Shown here one piece after another: positions 35,031-48,420 of a DNA stretch of 64,000 nt; position 1 is the stretch's first letter, and every line of letters begins with the position of its first letter. Origin of the DNA: Octopus vulgaris (lineage: Eukaryota); NCBI GenBank assembly GCA_951406725.2, contig OX597815.1, positions 83,452,001-83,516,000 of the forward strand. Direction: 5' to 3'. The notes beneath the pieces were generated by a model. The model worked only from the letters and a program-made list of their open reading frames with translations. It ran no database searches and was not told where the DNA came from. The translations under genes were made by a program, and so were the position numbers.

Positions 35031-35806
35031 ACATGGATAGCCACATGCATACACACATACATACTACATCTTACGATTTAAAAAAATAGTGGCAATAGCG
35101 GTTAGCTTTTTTTTTAAAATAGAAGCTGATTACTTTTCACTTACGAACGCTATACATGTTTTTAATAGTTGTAATACGTTTTTTATTTAGATATATCTAG
35201 TGAGTTATTTCTACTATTCTGTCTCCACTAGTTGCAAATGCACGGGTTGATTATTTTGATGCACACATTAGTTGTGTTGTATAGCTGCATACTATAGCTG
35301 TCAGTTGTGTAGTTTTCATGATGACGATGATGAAAATGATGATGGGGAGGAGGAGGGGGAGGAGGAGCAGCAAGAGGGGAGGTGGATGCTGCTGCTGCTG
35401 ATGATGATCGTGAAGAGTTTATACAGAGACATTAGTTTATTTCTTATGATGTAATTCTCTTCAGAATTTAAATGAATTGGCAACTTTCATTTTTAATTCA
35501 AGAACAAAGTCCCACAGAGAATAATTGCTTACGTAAGTTATAGATAGATTAGGTTAGAGTGGCAAAACAAGGGGAAAAGTGAAAGTTGATATTGGTTATT
35601 ACCAAAAAAAAAAAACAAATTTTAAGCTATAGAATATAATGCAAACACATATACGTTGATATCAAAGCTCTTGAATATATGAGTATATATATATGTGTGT
35701 GTACGTGCGTGCGTGCGCGTAGCTGTGTGTGTATGTGTGTGTGGTTAAGTATATATGTGTATATGTGTATACCTGTATATGTATATACATACATGTGTTT
35801 ATAAGC

Positions 35807-35858
<52 letters not shown>

Positions 35859-36179
35859 ACGTATAGATATAAGTAAATATGCATAAATGTTTATTTTATT
35901 CCTCATATGTACATAGATATGTAAATATTCGTATATATTGTATTGTTTTATATATAATATATTACAGTGAGTAACGAAATTTTAATTTCTATTTTATTTT
36001 TAGTTTTCATTTATTCATTCATTTATATATTTGTGTCTTTGGTCAGTAACTGTTATTACCTTTTTGTCTTTTTCTCAAAATCGAAGGAAGTGACTACTAT
36101 TCCCTTCAAACTTTGCTTTTGTGAACTGGATATCACTGTTTTGAAAGTAACCCATTTTCTAATACATTTCAGGCAGTTT

Positions 36180-36370
36180 CAGCGCCGAGTTGCTCAAGCA
36201 GATTACGGTTATAGCAAATATTCTGCTCAATACCAAATATTTGCTTGTCACTTAACCATATTGAGCTTATCCGTTCGTGGCTGATGATACGCGCATCTCT
36301 GATTATGGACAGGAGTAGTGGGGAAGTATCATATCCATGTGTTGAGAGGGATTCATTGGGGTTTCAATAA
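36180..36370 (+). mobile_element. Diverged short interspersed repeat fragment
   Basis: SINE-like segment ending gtagtggggaagtatcatatccatgtgttgagagggattc; single copy in this window. Confidence 0.3.
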
Positions 36371-36699
36371 ATGTAGGAAAAGCAAAGTTTGATGGAAATA
36401 TTAGTCATTTTTTAATAATTTTTAGGAGTCAAGAAATCGGAAATAACAGTTGCTACACAAGGACAGAAATCGTGTAATACCGTATTATTGTTATCCCCAT
36501 CATTCTCAGCAGCAGCAACAGTAGTATGAATGTCTTTAGAATCGTCATTACTTTTTATTCCTCAGAGCACTCGATTTAACTTGCTCCGGTAAATTCTGTT
36601 AGAACGGACAGCAATCTGCTGTGAAGATCTCACAAGATCCCCCAGGGTCACTTTCTACGATTTATTAAACTTGGTATCCAGCTGTTAAGTATCATGAAA

Positions 36700-37075
36700 T
36701 ATATTTAACATCCAAGTACCAATCTAAATTTCCTTATTATCCCCAGTAGAGTAGCATTTCGAGCATGATCTATCCTCATATCAATTCGAATATCACCAAG
36801 ATATTTCTCAAATCTGATTTTTATTTGCTCTGATTTCCCCTACAACTACTGTGTTGACAGTTACTCTCATCATTGCCCAGATTCTTAGAAATTTTGACTT
36901 TTTGTAATTTGTATTTTTCCACCTTTTTCAGTTCTTTGTCGCCTACGCGTGAGTCCCCAGTTATAATCTTAGTTTCCATTTTCCTTATATCTAGTACAAC
37001 AATGTCTGGTTTTCGAGCATCTATTTCAGTCACTGTAGATGGTAAAATTTCGCAAAAATTTTATATTCAGAGACG
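36700..37075 (-). mobile_element. R4-clade LINE 3' fragment (REL endonuclease)
   Basis: EIDARKPDIVVLD...GDSRVGDKELKKVEKY; abuts the (TAT)n-(CAT)n-(CAG)n-(TAG)n array at 37085-37283. Confidence 0.75.
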
Positions 37076-37081
37076 CCTTTC

Positions 37082-37197
<116 letters not shown>

Positions 37198-37222
37198 TAT
37201 TTGCAGCAGCAGCAGCAGTAGT

Positions 37223-37283
<61 letters not shown>

Positions 37284-38227
37284 TGTTCCCTTTAAAAAAC
37301 TATAATACCACCACCGACACCGATTCCACCTACGTTTGGCACATTTGGTGCGACCAACTAATTTATATACAAACGTTGTTTGCTGAGCGCTAAAGCACGA
37401 CCAAGAGCAACATGCCACACAAAGAATGACGTGGTCTAAATTTGACACAAAAGAACTGAACACAGCTATTCACACAGTTACTTCAACTCTTAACAGAACC
37501 CTAAATACTAACACAATCCCCTTGTGAAACCAACCAAAACCCCAACACAATAAGTTTCTATCCCCCGATACCTTACTAATAATTAGTTTCCTCTAATCTT
37601 CATCTGTCAGTATTCCTACATATTTACGTCTCCAATCTCCCTACATTATAAACCAATCATTATTTTACATATCTACACCATTGCCAAACTCAATACAATC
37701 CCCGAAAGAGACGAAGTATAGCACAGTCTGATGACGGTGAGAAAACCTGCCACTATCGAATTTTTCATTATAAAAGTTTAATCACTATCTTATCTACTTA
37801 AAATGTGTAGAATGATCCTTCAGTTTAAGTTTAAACTGTTTACATATATACAAATTAGATATAATAAAAGCATTAATATATATGCAAGTGTTTCCCTATG
37901 TATGAGTGTCCTTTATATTTTCGCGCGTGTGTAGAAAAATTTAGTAGTGATTATGTAGGAGATGGTTACACGTGTTTCAGGGACAGTTCCAAAACTTTTA
38001 GTCAAAATATACATTACGAAATAGGCTTTTGCATACCACTTCATCAAAAACTTTTATGACAAAGAGTCATGAATATATTTGAAAGTGGCTTATAAAGAGT
38101 AAATGGCAAACATTCTCTCCATTGTTTATTTAATGTTCTTGCAAGAAAATATGCCATAAAAACACAACAAAAATAGTAAAAGATTAGTAAATGAAAGTTA
38201 CATAAACAGCACACATCTATCTATCTA

Positions 38228-38271
<44 letters not shown>

Positions 38272-38279
<8 letters not shown>

Positions 38280-38486
38280 AGGGTATCTAAGAGATACCTG
38301 CACGCTGGAAATAGCAGCCAAATCTTGCCTCTAAAACCACATTAAATGTTCATACAGCACCAGGAGAGAAGACAAAAGAACAAAATAAACTAGCAAAACA
38401 ATGACTGGATAATTCCAAATCCTGGATTTCTGACTCTGCATAAGAAATGCTTTGCCTCATCAGTGGAATATACACAGCACATAAAT

Positions 38487-38525
<39 letters not shown>

Positions 38526-38990
38526 TACAGATACTTACATATACGACGAACGTATACATACATATATATCCACGTATGCACACGGCCAGTTTAAATTGCC
38601 CGCCTAAAACTCCTCGTGCGATATGGTCAAAGTTATCATCGCAGTAAATATAATAACGAAATAAATATATAAATTTATATAAATAAGGATAAGTTCGTTA
38701 TTTAACTATCGAACTTATCAAGTGGCCACCATAGGAATAAAAACCTTCAAAGGTAATAATAATTATTAAAATTATAAATTAGGGTATCTAAGAGATACAT
38801 TCACGATGGAAATAGCTGCCAAAACTTGACTCTAAAACTTCATTAAATGTGGAGGTATCTCTTAGATATCCTAAATTATAATTTTAATAGTAATTATTAC
38901 CTTTGAATGTTTTTATTCCCATGCTGGCCATTTGATAAGTTCGATATTTAAATAACGATCTTATCCTTATTTATTTAAGTTTATATATAT
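38272..38990. mobile_element. HHR-bearing repeat family A: tandem unit (~500 bp period) plus inverted partial unit
   Basis: ttagggtatctaagagatac at ~38278 and ~38779; inverted segment ~38850-38985. Confidence 0.75.
38412..38469 (-). ncRNA. Type I hammerhead ribozyme (family A), AUU site
   Basis: RC: attcca-CTGATGA-ggcaaagcatttcttatgcagagtca-GAAA-tccagg-ATT-tggaat. Confidence 0.78.
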
Positions 38991-39000
38991 GTATCTATGT

Positions 39001-41298
39001 ATCATCATCATCCTTTAACGTCCGCTTTCCAAGCTAGCATGGGTTGGTCAATTTGCCTGAGGTCTGGTGAGCCAGACCCCAATCTGATCTGGTAGAATTT
39101 CTACAGCTGGATGCCCTTCCTAACGCCAACCACTCCGAGAGTGTAGTAGGTGTGTTTACGTGCCACCGGCATGAGGGCCAGTTTGGTGGTACTGGCAACG
39201 GCCACGCTCAAATTGTGCTTTTTGCGTGCCGCCTGCACAGGAACCAGTCCAGCGGCACTGGCGACGACCTCGCTCGAATGTTTCACGTACCACCAGCAGA
39301 AGTGCTAGTAAGGCGACGTGGTAACGATCACATTCGAATGGTGTGCTTAAACGTGCCATCGGCACGAAGGCCAGCTTGTTGCTCTGGCAACGATCTCACA
39401 CGTATGGTACTCTTAGCGCTCCACTAGCAATAGATGCCAGTCACTGAGTTTGATTTCGACTTCGATTTCACTTGCCTCAACTGGTCTTCGCAAGCAAATT
39501 TAGTGTCCAATGAAGAAAAGGCACGCATAAGTGGACTGGTTACACCCCTAGCATAGGCCGCAAGGTTATGGTCACACTTGCGCTTGCCGAGTCTTCTGCA
39601 TCACAGCATATTTACAGAGGTCCCGGTCACTAGTCATTGCCTCGGTGAGGCCCAATATTTGAAGGTCATGCTGCACCACCTCATCCTAGGTCTTCCTCTT
39701 CCACAAGTTCACTCAACTGCTAGGGTGTGGCACTTTCTCACACAGCTAACCACATCCATTCTCGCCACATGACCATACCAGCGCAGTCGTTCCTCTTGCA
39801 CACACTTAGGTCCAACCTTTCTCTCAGAGCACTAACACTCTGTCGAGTATGCACACTGAAATTACACATACTCGAAGCATGCTGGCTTCATTCCTTACGA
39901 GCTTACGCATATCCTCAGCAGTCACGGCCCATGTTTCACTGCCATGTAGCATGGCTGTTCGTACACATGCGTCGTACAGTCTACCTTTTACTCTAAGCAA
40001 GAGGCCCTTTGTCACCAGCAGAGGTAACAGCTCCCTGAACTTAGCCCAGGCTATTCTTATTCTAGCAGCTACATCCTACATCAATGTATCCTCCCCCGCT
40101 ACTGACTTGGTCACCTAGGTAACGGAAGCTATCAACTACTTCTAGTTTTTCTTCCTGGAATGTGGCGGAAGTTGTTCTCTGCACATTTTCAGTGTTATTT
40201 ATAGCTCCCGAGCATCTGCTACATATGAAAACTATCCTCCCAGTTAGCCTTCCTTTGATATTGCTGCACCTGTTATGTGTCCATAGATTACACTGGGTAC
40301 ATCTTATAGAGTTTCTACCTACGCCTTTTCCACAGATCGAGCAGGGCCATCTACCTGAAGGGATTTGTGGTTTGCCTGCCTTCTTACTTATTAGGACTTT
40401 TGTCTTAGCTAGGTAGACTCTAAAGCCCTTCGATTCTAATCCTTGTTTCCACACTTGAAACTTCTCCTCTAATTCTGTTAGTGACTCAGCAATTAGAGCA
40501 AGGTCATCAGCATAGAGGAGCTCTCGGGGGCATCCTGTCTTGAATTCTTCCGTTTTTGCCTAGAGAACTATGATGAATAGGAGGGGGCTGAGGACTGAAC
40601 CTTGATGGACCCCTACCTCTACCCGGAATTCTTCACAGTACTCGTTGCCAAGAGTTTGATACCTCTGTAATTATTTGTATCTAAAGCGTCCCCTTTTGTT
40701 TTGTAACAGTTGACTATAGTGCTGCTACACCAGTCATTGGGCATGACTTCTTCGTGTATCACCTGGTTAACTATTCGGGTGACCAGGCTAATGCCGACAC
40801 TGCCAGATATTTTGAGCATCTCTGCAGTAATTTCTGAAGGGCCTGGGGCTTTCCCTGTCGTCATACTTTTAATTTCTTTAACTACCAAGGTACTGTCAAC
40901 TCGGATAGCTGGTCCCACTGTTGGGTCGATAATCGGCAGACTCTCTTTCTCCCATTCATTCTCCTTGTTCAGCAACCTTTCATAGTGGCGTCTCCAAACC
41001 ACTCTCTTTGCAGCCTCATTTAGTGCAAGAGAACCATCATCCATGCGAATACATTTCTCTCCTACAACGTCGATATTCTCTCTAACACACTGTCTTGCAA
41101 CACGAAATACCTCAAGTCTTTGGTCCTCCCGGCGCAGAACATTGGCAAATTTTTTATCTGCTTCCCCTCTGGCTAAATAAACCTCTCTCCTAGCTTCTCT
41201 TCTGGCAGTCTGATACGATTTCCTGCTACCACCATTCTTCCAGTTCTTCCAAGACTCTCTCTTTTCTCTAATAACCCTGTCTACAACATTGTTCCATT
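39001..41298 (-). mobile_element. RTE LINE, 5'-truncated and internally deleted (RT domain, 3' UTR, (GAT)n tail)
   Basis: GKAPGPSEITAEMLK, YKTKGDALDTNNYRGIKLL, GVHQGSVLSPLLFII, LLYADDLALIAES, FRYLGD, LYDACVRTAMLHGSETW. Deletion junction near 40645; frameshifts. Confidence 0.95.
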
Positions 41299-41326
41299 GT
41301 ATGTATATGTATATGTATATACATAG

Positions 41327-41361
<35 letters not shown>

Positions 41362-41671
41362 TAGACACATATATATGTATGTAAGGGTGCATGTACTTGT
41401 GTATATATATTTTAGCGAACATATGTATGTAAATATTTGCAGACATACATAAAATATATGTATCAACTCCATATGGAAATTGTCAATACATACAAACACA
41501 CACACATCTAGATATGTATGTATATATATGTATGCATATACATATATGTATGTATATATATATATATATGTATGTATACATGTATACAATAACTTAGAAT
41601 CACACACAGGAACACTCAGAAATGCACATACACAAATATATGTACATATATGTGTGTGTGCCTGATAGATA

Positions 41672-41870
41672 GTGGCAGAAACGTTAGCACGCCGGGCGAA
41701 ATTCTTAGCGGTATTTAGGTTCTGCGTTCAAATTCCAACGAGGTTGACTTTGCCTTTTATCATTTCGGGGTCGATAAATTACGTACCAGTTGCGCACTGG
41801 GTCGATGTAATCGACTTAATCCTTTTCTTTATCCTTGTTTGTCCCCTCTATGTGTGCAATAAAGAAATAA
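41672..41870 (+). mobile_element. SINE family S1
   Basis: Homologous to 46402-46630. Confidence 0.85.
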
Positions 41871-41884
41871 GATAGATACTGCCA

Positions 41885-41938
<54 letters not shown>

Positions 41939-41948
41939 TCTCTGTGTA

Positions 41949-41986
41949 TCTTTCTGTTGAAGAGCGTAGGCTCGAAACGTTAAAGA
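41949..41986 (+). ncRNA. Ultra-minimal hammerhead-like motif with variant core (second, more decayed copy ~16144-16180)
   Basis: tcttt-CTGTTGA-a-gagc gtag gctc-GAAAC-GTT-aaaga. Perfect stems I and II; stem III reduced to ACGT; A6U core variant. Confidence 0.55.
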
Positions 41987-42083
41987 CTTGTTTTATTTAT
42001 ATTTCCTGAGCGCCATACTAATACAATTGTTCGTTTGTTTTCCACCTGCCTTCGTCTTTTGTTTATTTTCATAAAGCTTCCCG

Positions 42084-42118
<35 letters not shown>

Positions 42119-42608
42119 TTCATATATATATACATACATACAGATTTATATATGTATATATATATATGCATTCATATATATATACATACATACAGATTTA
42201 TATATGTATATATATATATGTGTGTGTGTGTGCGTGTGTATCTTTGCGTGTGTGTACGTGAGTACGTGTGCAATACCTACAGCAAGTTGATTTTTATAAG
42301 TATTCGAAATCATATACCACATCAGAGTTAAAATATACTGTGAACTGTTAAAAGTATATTTTCACAGCAAGACTATATGCATGGTTATTAAACTTATTAT
42401 ATCTAGTTTCATATGCATATGTCTATGTATGAATATCTGCGTATGTTTTTAAATATATTTGTCTCTATACAGACATGTGTCTCTATACCGACATATATAC
42501 ATTGTGTGTCTGATTGTATTCTTTTGTTCTATATGTGTATATGCATCTATACATACATACATACATACATACATACATACATACATACATACATACATAC
42601 ATACATAC

Positions 42609-42639
<31 letters not shown>

Positions 42640-42669
42640 CATACATACATACATACATACATACATACA

Positions 42670-42700
<31 letters not shown>

Positions 42701-43333
42701 GTATATATATATGTATATATATATATATATTATGATATGTAGAAAAATACAAACTGGGACAAGAACGCATAACACTTAGAAGACGATACAACAAACACAG
42801 ACAGGACATTCGAAGCCCTCACACTTGTACATGGATGCATGTGAGTAACTGTATAATGAAAGGCAAAAGAGAGAAACAGAATATCAGGTGAAAGTACGTT
42901 AAAGACAAGCCACTCTGATAGAAAAGCAGGGAGACAAAGAAAGCGAGAGCGAGTGGGGAACAAGAGACAAGGATACCAAGGTTATTTGACTGTTTGAGAA
43001 GCAGGGGGAAGGAGTAAAAATGAATGACTGGAAAATGTGTGGAACCGTTATAAGAGAAAGAGGAAGGAGAAGAAACAATTCTATAAAAATATGACAAATT
43101 CTCGCACGATTTGAGGACAGCGAAGGACATTTTTGGTGTTAACTGCTAAAGTGCTTATCATATAAGCAAGCAAGTGCGACCGATAGATAACAAATATTCA
43201 CGTAGCATTCTTTAGAACTGTACGAATATCATATTCAACCCACACTCTGCAGAATATATTAATGTATATATCCATTATATACATATGTGTGTCAACATAT
43301 AAATACGTGCTTATATATTTATATGTATGAGTT

Positions 43334-43373
<40 letters not shown>

Positions 43374-43497
43374 CTAGTTGCACAGATGGTGCCAGGATAT
43401 GTACATAGACACACACACACACACACGCACGCACACATATACACACATAAATATACACACACATATACATGTGTGTATGTATATATATGTGTGTATG

Positions 43498-43550
<53 letters not shown>

Positions 43551-45043
43551 TCGTGCATATCTACAGTGGAAGGAATGTGTATACATGTATATGTACTTAC
43601 ATTAAATTGTATGCGCACGTAACCTATATCTGTATAAATGGATATATAAAAGTGTGTGTATATGTGTATGCATATATATATATATGTTATATATATGTGC
43701 ATATATATGTTTGTGTGTGTGTGTACAAACGTATATATACATATATTTATGCATGCATAAATACGTATATACATATGGATGTATGGAGACCTATGAACCT
43801 ATCTTTGTATGTATATGTATGTTTGTGTACGTGTATGTGTGAGAGTGTGTGTATAAGTGTGTATACATATTTTTGCGTATATATGTGCTTTTGAGTATAC
43901 ATGTTTCTTCATATGTATATGTCTGTACGTGGAGTGCAGACGCGTGTGTATGATTTAAACGTTCGCTTCTCAATCGTAGTTACCAGTATAAAAGATCTTG
44001 TGCCATTTTGGGCGGTTTTCCATTAAAATGCCGTCGCTTTAACCCATGCGTTTTCAGTCAAATTTGCCTGACTAAAATATTCTGGAAGCCTATGTGATTG
44101 GTTATGACTTATTCAGAAGAGCCAACTTTATTTGCATGCTGTGCAATGCTTAATGGGGATGAGAAGTATTTTAGATGAACTCCTCTCTGAGCTTCACTAT
44201 CCCACATACTCATGAACGTAAGGAAAATCAGCAAGTCGAAAACTGACTACCGATCTTTCAAAAGCATGCAGCATTCCTCATATGGGCATGTGTGCAAATC
44301 TGTACATACGCATATTAAACATGTGTACAGCACAAGAGTGAAATACTAGTGTTGCCGTTTACGTGACGTCACTGTTTAACTTGCCTTTGCCACATACTAA
44401 AGAAGAACCGTTGTAAAAATGTATATGTTTCAAAAACCAAGAACAGCAACGACAAAATCAATAATGGTATCCAGGAAAACAATAACAGTAATCGGATTAA
44501 ACAGAAAAAAAAATATATGACGGTAAAAGAACAAGGAAGTGCGGTTTTGGTGGAAAGAGATGATAGGCGTGATGTGAAAGTAGATCAGTTTGGTTTTGTG
44601 GTTTGTGAAGGTGTGAGCTAATGGGTTAGCACCTCGTTTATGGAATGTTCACTAGCTGACTGCTATGCAAGTAAGAGAAATGAGTCTTAGCGTTATTTAG
44701 CTGTAAAGTTCTGACACTGAAGAGGATATTTTCATACAGGAATTCTTCTGTAGAAGAAACAGTTTATATATAATATCCAGTCTTCTCTTTTTTTCATATT
44801 GTATATTTATGTAAATTGTATTTATTGTCTTTCCTTTACCTCCTTAGTATATTATGTCAGGTGCTCGACTTAGACGATCAAATTTTCTCATTTTGTATTT
44901 TTTATTGATACACATGTCTTTTTATCAGAATTTCAACAAACAATATATATAAATATATGTAGTCGTGTGCGTGCATGTGTGTATTCATGTGTATGTGTCT
45001 ATGTATTGATATCAATATATACATACATACATACATACATACA

Positions 45044-45077
<34 letters not shown>

Positions 45078-45201
45078 CACATATACATACATCCATACAT
45101 GCATGCCTACGCACACACTTCGTTTTGCATTTGGTTTCTAACATTCTTAGTATGAATTCTTATGTCAAAGCAAATTTTGTGTTTGAGGAGGTCATTACGC
45201 C

Positions 45202-45270
<69 letters not shown>

Positions 45271-45984
45271 CACGCACTGGTTCAGTATCACTTCTTTCTT
45301 GTTGGTTAATCGGTTAAATATCTAACGAAGTAACCTATCGATCTTTTGTTTAATGTCTAGTTTAAACAATCAATAGATTCTTTGTCAAGAATTAAACTCT
45401 CACACAAACACTCATATAAGTACGTACACACACACACATACATTGCATACATGTAATTATGAACAATTCCTATGCGCAATTCACATCTACTTGGTCGCGG
45501 AGGAGCACGTACACACGCACGCATGCACAAACACACACACAAAGACACAACCTCAGTCACACATCCATACACATACAACCACACGCACACCCCCACTCAC
45601 ACACCACATACACACAGATATTCACAGACACTCACACATACATGCGCACACACAACACAACACCCTCAGACGCATTAAGGTAAGCGCTCATATATTCACA
45701 CACAGAACCAAATCAACTGCACGCACACTAGACCACGTATATATCTACCCTGCACACCCGTGCCACACCCTCTCTACTTCAGGAACTACACCCATAAATC
45801 CTTACAGAGTGACCAGCAAATCCCAACAGATCGGAGACACAACTGACCTTCAAAAAAAGCCGAAACCTTAAAGAGATCACCGATGGCAAATGCACGCTCA
45901 CTCAATACAGAAATAATACGGAACCAGTACATGTGTTTATTATTACTGGTGTAATGGTCCTTCCAAACATACCATATATATATA

Positions 45985-46273
45985 TACTCTTGTACTTTTT
46001 TTCAGTCATTTGACTACGGCCATGCTGGTGAAAACCGTGTAGTCGAAGAAATGGCCCCAGGACTTATTCTTTGTAAGCCTAGTACTTATTCTGTCGTTCA
46101 CTTTTGCCGAACCGCTAAGTTACGCGGTCGTAAACACACCAACATCGGTTGTCAGTTTTCGTCTAACAAATCCACTCAAACAGCTTTCGTTGGCTTGATG
46201 CTATACTGGAAGACATGTGCCCAAGGTGCCACGCAGTTGGGAAGCAAGCTTCCTACCACACAGCCACTACTGC

Positions 46274-46275
<2 letters not shown>
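45985..46275 (-). mobile_element. SINE family S2 (CR1-type 3' tail)
   Basis: Homologous to 49683-50002; RC ends cagcatggccgtagtcaaatgactgaaa. Confidence 0.8.
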
Positions 46276-46340
<65 letters not shown>

Positions 46341-46345
46341 AAGAA

Positions 46346-46376
<31 letters not shown>

Positions 46377-46401
46377 GAATTACACAGATATACATGCACT
46401 A

Positions 46402-46630
46402 AGGCGGCGAGCTGGCAGAAACGTTAGCACGCCGGGCGAAATGCGTAGCCGTATTTCGTCTGCCGTTACGTTCTGAGCTCAAATTCCGCCGAGGTCGACT
46501 TTGACTTTCATCCTTTCGGGGTCGATAAATTAAGTACCAGTTACGCACTGGGGTCGATGTAATCGACTTAATCCGTTTGTCTGTCCTTGTTTGTCCCCTC
46601 TATGCTTAGCCCCTTGTGGGTAATAAAGAA
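46402..46630 (+). mobile_element. Full-length SINE family S1 with 18-bp TSD
   Basis: tRNA-like head (A box gctggcagaaacgttagc, B box gagctcaaattcc), Nin/Deu-like core, AATAAAGAA end. TSD acagatatacatgcacta at 46384-46401 and 46631-46648. Confidence 0.92.
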
Positions 46631-46939
46631 ACAGATATACATGCACTACACACACACACACACTCACATATGTTGATACTCTTATTTATATAAACATGTG
46701 TAAATATATAAAAGTATGCAGGTTTGATGCATATGCATATACATCAGATGATGCATATGTCGCTATTACAAAAAAAGGACACACTTGAATACATATTTAA
46801 GCACTCTAGTACAAGAAATATACGAACCGCTTATAGTTACGTCCGGATACCTTGCGTTCCTGACAAGCTGATGATCCTAGAAGTATATACGACTCTTCAT
46901 CAGCAGAAGTACGTTGGAAATAGTAAGATTGTCTTTCTC

Positions 46940-47250
46940 TTTACCTGCTGCCAATGCGTCGGCTTTAACGATGAAGGTTCCAGTTGGATCGATCAATGGA
47001 ACAGCCTGCTCGTGGAATTAACGAGGTGAGCACTCCACAGACACTTGCACCCTTAACGTAGTTCTCTGGGTGATTCAGCGTGACACAGAGTGTGACAAGG
47101 CTGGCCGTACGTGTTACAGGTACAACACATTTTTACCAGCTGAGTGGACTGGAGCAGCATGAAATAAAGTGTCTTGCTCAAAGACACAACGCGTCGCCGA
47201 GAATTGAACTCAACACCAATCTGAATACCCCAACCACGAAGCCACGAACA
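46940..47250 (-). mobile_element. tRNA-derived SINE with V/Meta/Ceph-like core
   Basis: RC contains gagttcaattctc (B box) then gttgtgtctttgagcaagacactttatttca...cactcagctg, typical of conserved SINE central domains. Confidence 0.7.
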
Positions 47251-47899
47251 TTCACTCTTTACATAAACTGTATTGCAAAACTAAAACAGTGTTACGTTTT
47301 ATTAACTGAATTTATATATTATTGCTTTAAATATGATTTGTTTTACTTTTATTAACTCCGCTCATTAAACGCGTTACCCGAAATTATTATTTTTAGCGTA
47401 ACTTCGAGTCAACTACGGCGCACACAGAAATATATTTTAAGTAAGCATGTTTGTGTATATTTGCAGGCAGATTTTTATAGATCTGTGTCAATGCCGTTGA
47501 ATGAATTTTAAACGCGTTATGTGGCGTGTTAATCTCGACCAATTACCCTAGGGGAACTTCCATACCATCGAGTGGTATGTGATGGCACATGGGAAAAACA
47601 CGTTGGATGTCGCTAAAGAAACAACTGCGAAAAGCGAGGTCAACATCGAAATACCGATGAAACAAGGTACAAAATCAAGTTTCTGTTTTTTTTTTTAATA
47701 GAAATACCTATTAAGATCGTGGTGAAAAATGACCCCACATCAAGCTTTTTTTTTTTTTTGTAATACATATACGTTTAAGTATTTCTATTAAAGAATGAAG
47801 TATCATTTCTGGGCCTGTTTCATCAGAATTTTGATTTTGACATCGTTTTTCTCAGCTGTTTATTTAGCGACATCCGACGGGGTTTCCCCATGCACCATC

Positions 47900-48420
47900 A
47901 TAAAGGCTATATCATATGTGCTTATTCCTCTCATTAACGAATATCTATTAATCCTCGTTCTACCAATCAGATCAGAATATTATTAGACTAAATACTGGGG
48001 CATAATCGGATCTTTTCGAAAGCGATCATCCACTGAAACAAGGATGGAAATTGCACCTACTAAAATTGGCTTGTATTTGATAAACTGAAAAACTGAATTC
48101 ATCTACCTGCAACAGAGTTCATCAACTCACAAAGACTAACAAATTGTAAGAAGTGAAATTTTCCCCTATTTCGGACCCTTCCCGTCAAACGCAGGAAATG
48201 CTAATAATTTGCGCAAACCTTGATATTGTTCAGTGATTAGTATCTAATAACATGACATCGATAGATAAATTTATTCGGAACCTGAAACTTTGATTCTTCT
48301 AAACAACAAAAGAGAGTGTAATGAAATATCAACCACAAATATGGACATGAATAAAACGCCATAAAAACCTAGTTGGACAGTTTCTTACAGAAGATTAGCA
48401 GAAGGAACACTCAATATATC
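47900..48420 (+). mobile_element. Possible piggyBac-like transposase relic
   Basis: Weak C-terminal pattern (LVSN...PETL...TTKESV...PSW) resembling piggyBac LLS.H...KPE.I..YNKTKGGVD...RW. Confidence 0.3.

Noticed and set aside
37722-37760. CTGATGA-cggt-gagaaa-acct as a possible HHR
   Set aside because: No properly placed GAAA-N-UH or stem I partner.
40619-41446. 275-aa ORF as a host gene
   Set aside because: It is a microsatellite-derived N-terminus fused to a truncated RTE ORF.
44714-44785. CTGAAGA followed by a ggatatt/aatatcc stem
   Set aside because: GAAA and stem III are absent after the stem; too degraded to call.
46402-46490. tRNA gene
   Set aside because: This is the tRNA-like head of a SINE with core, tail and TSD; I could not fold a canonical cloverleaf.
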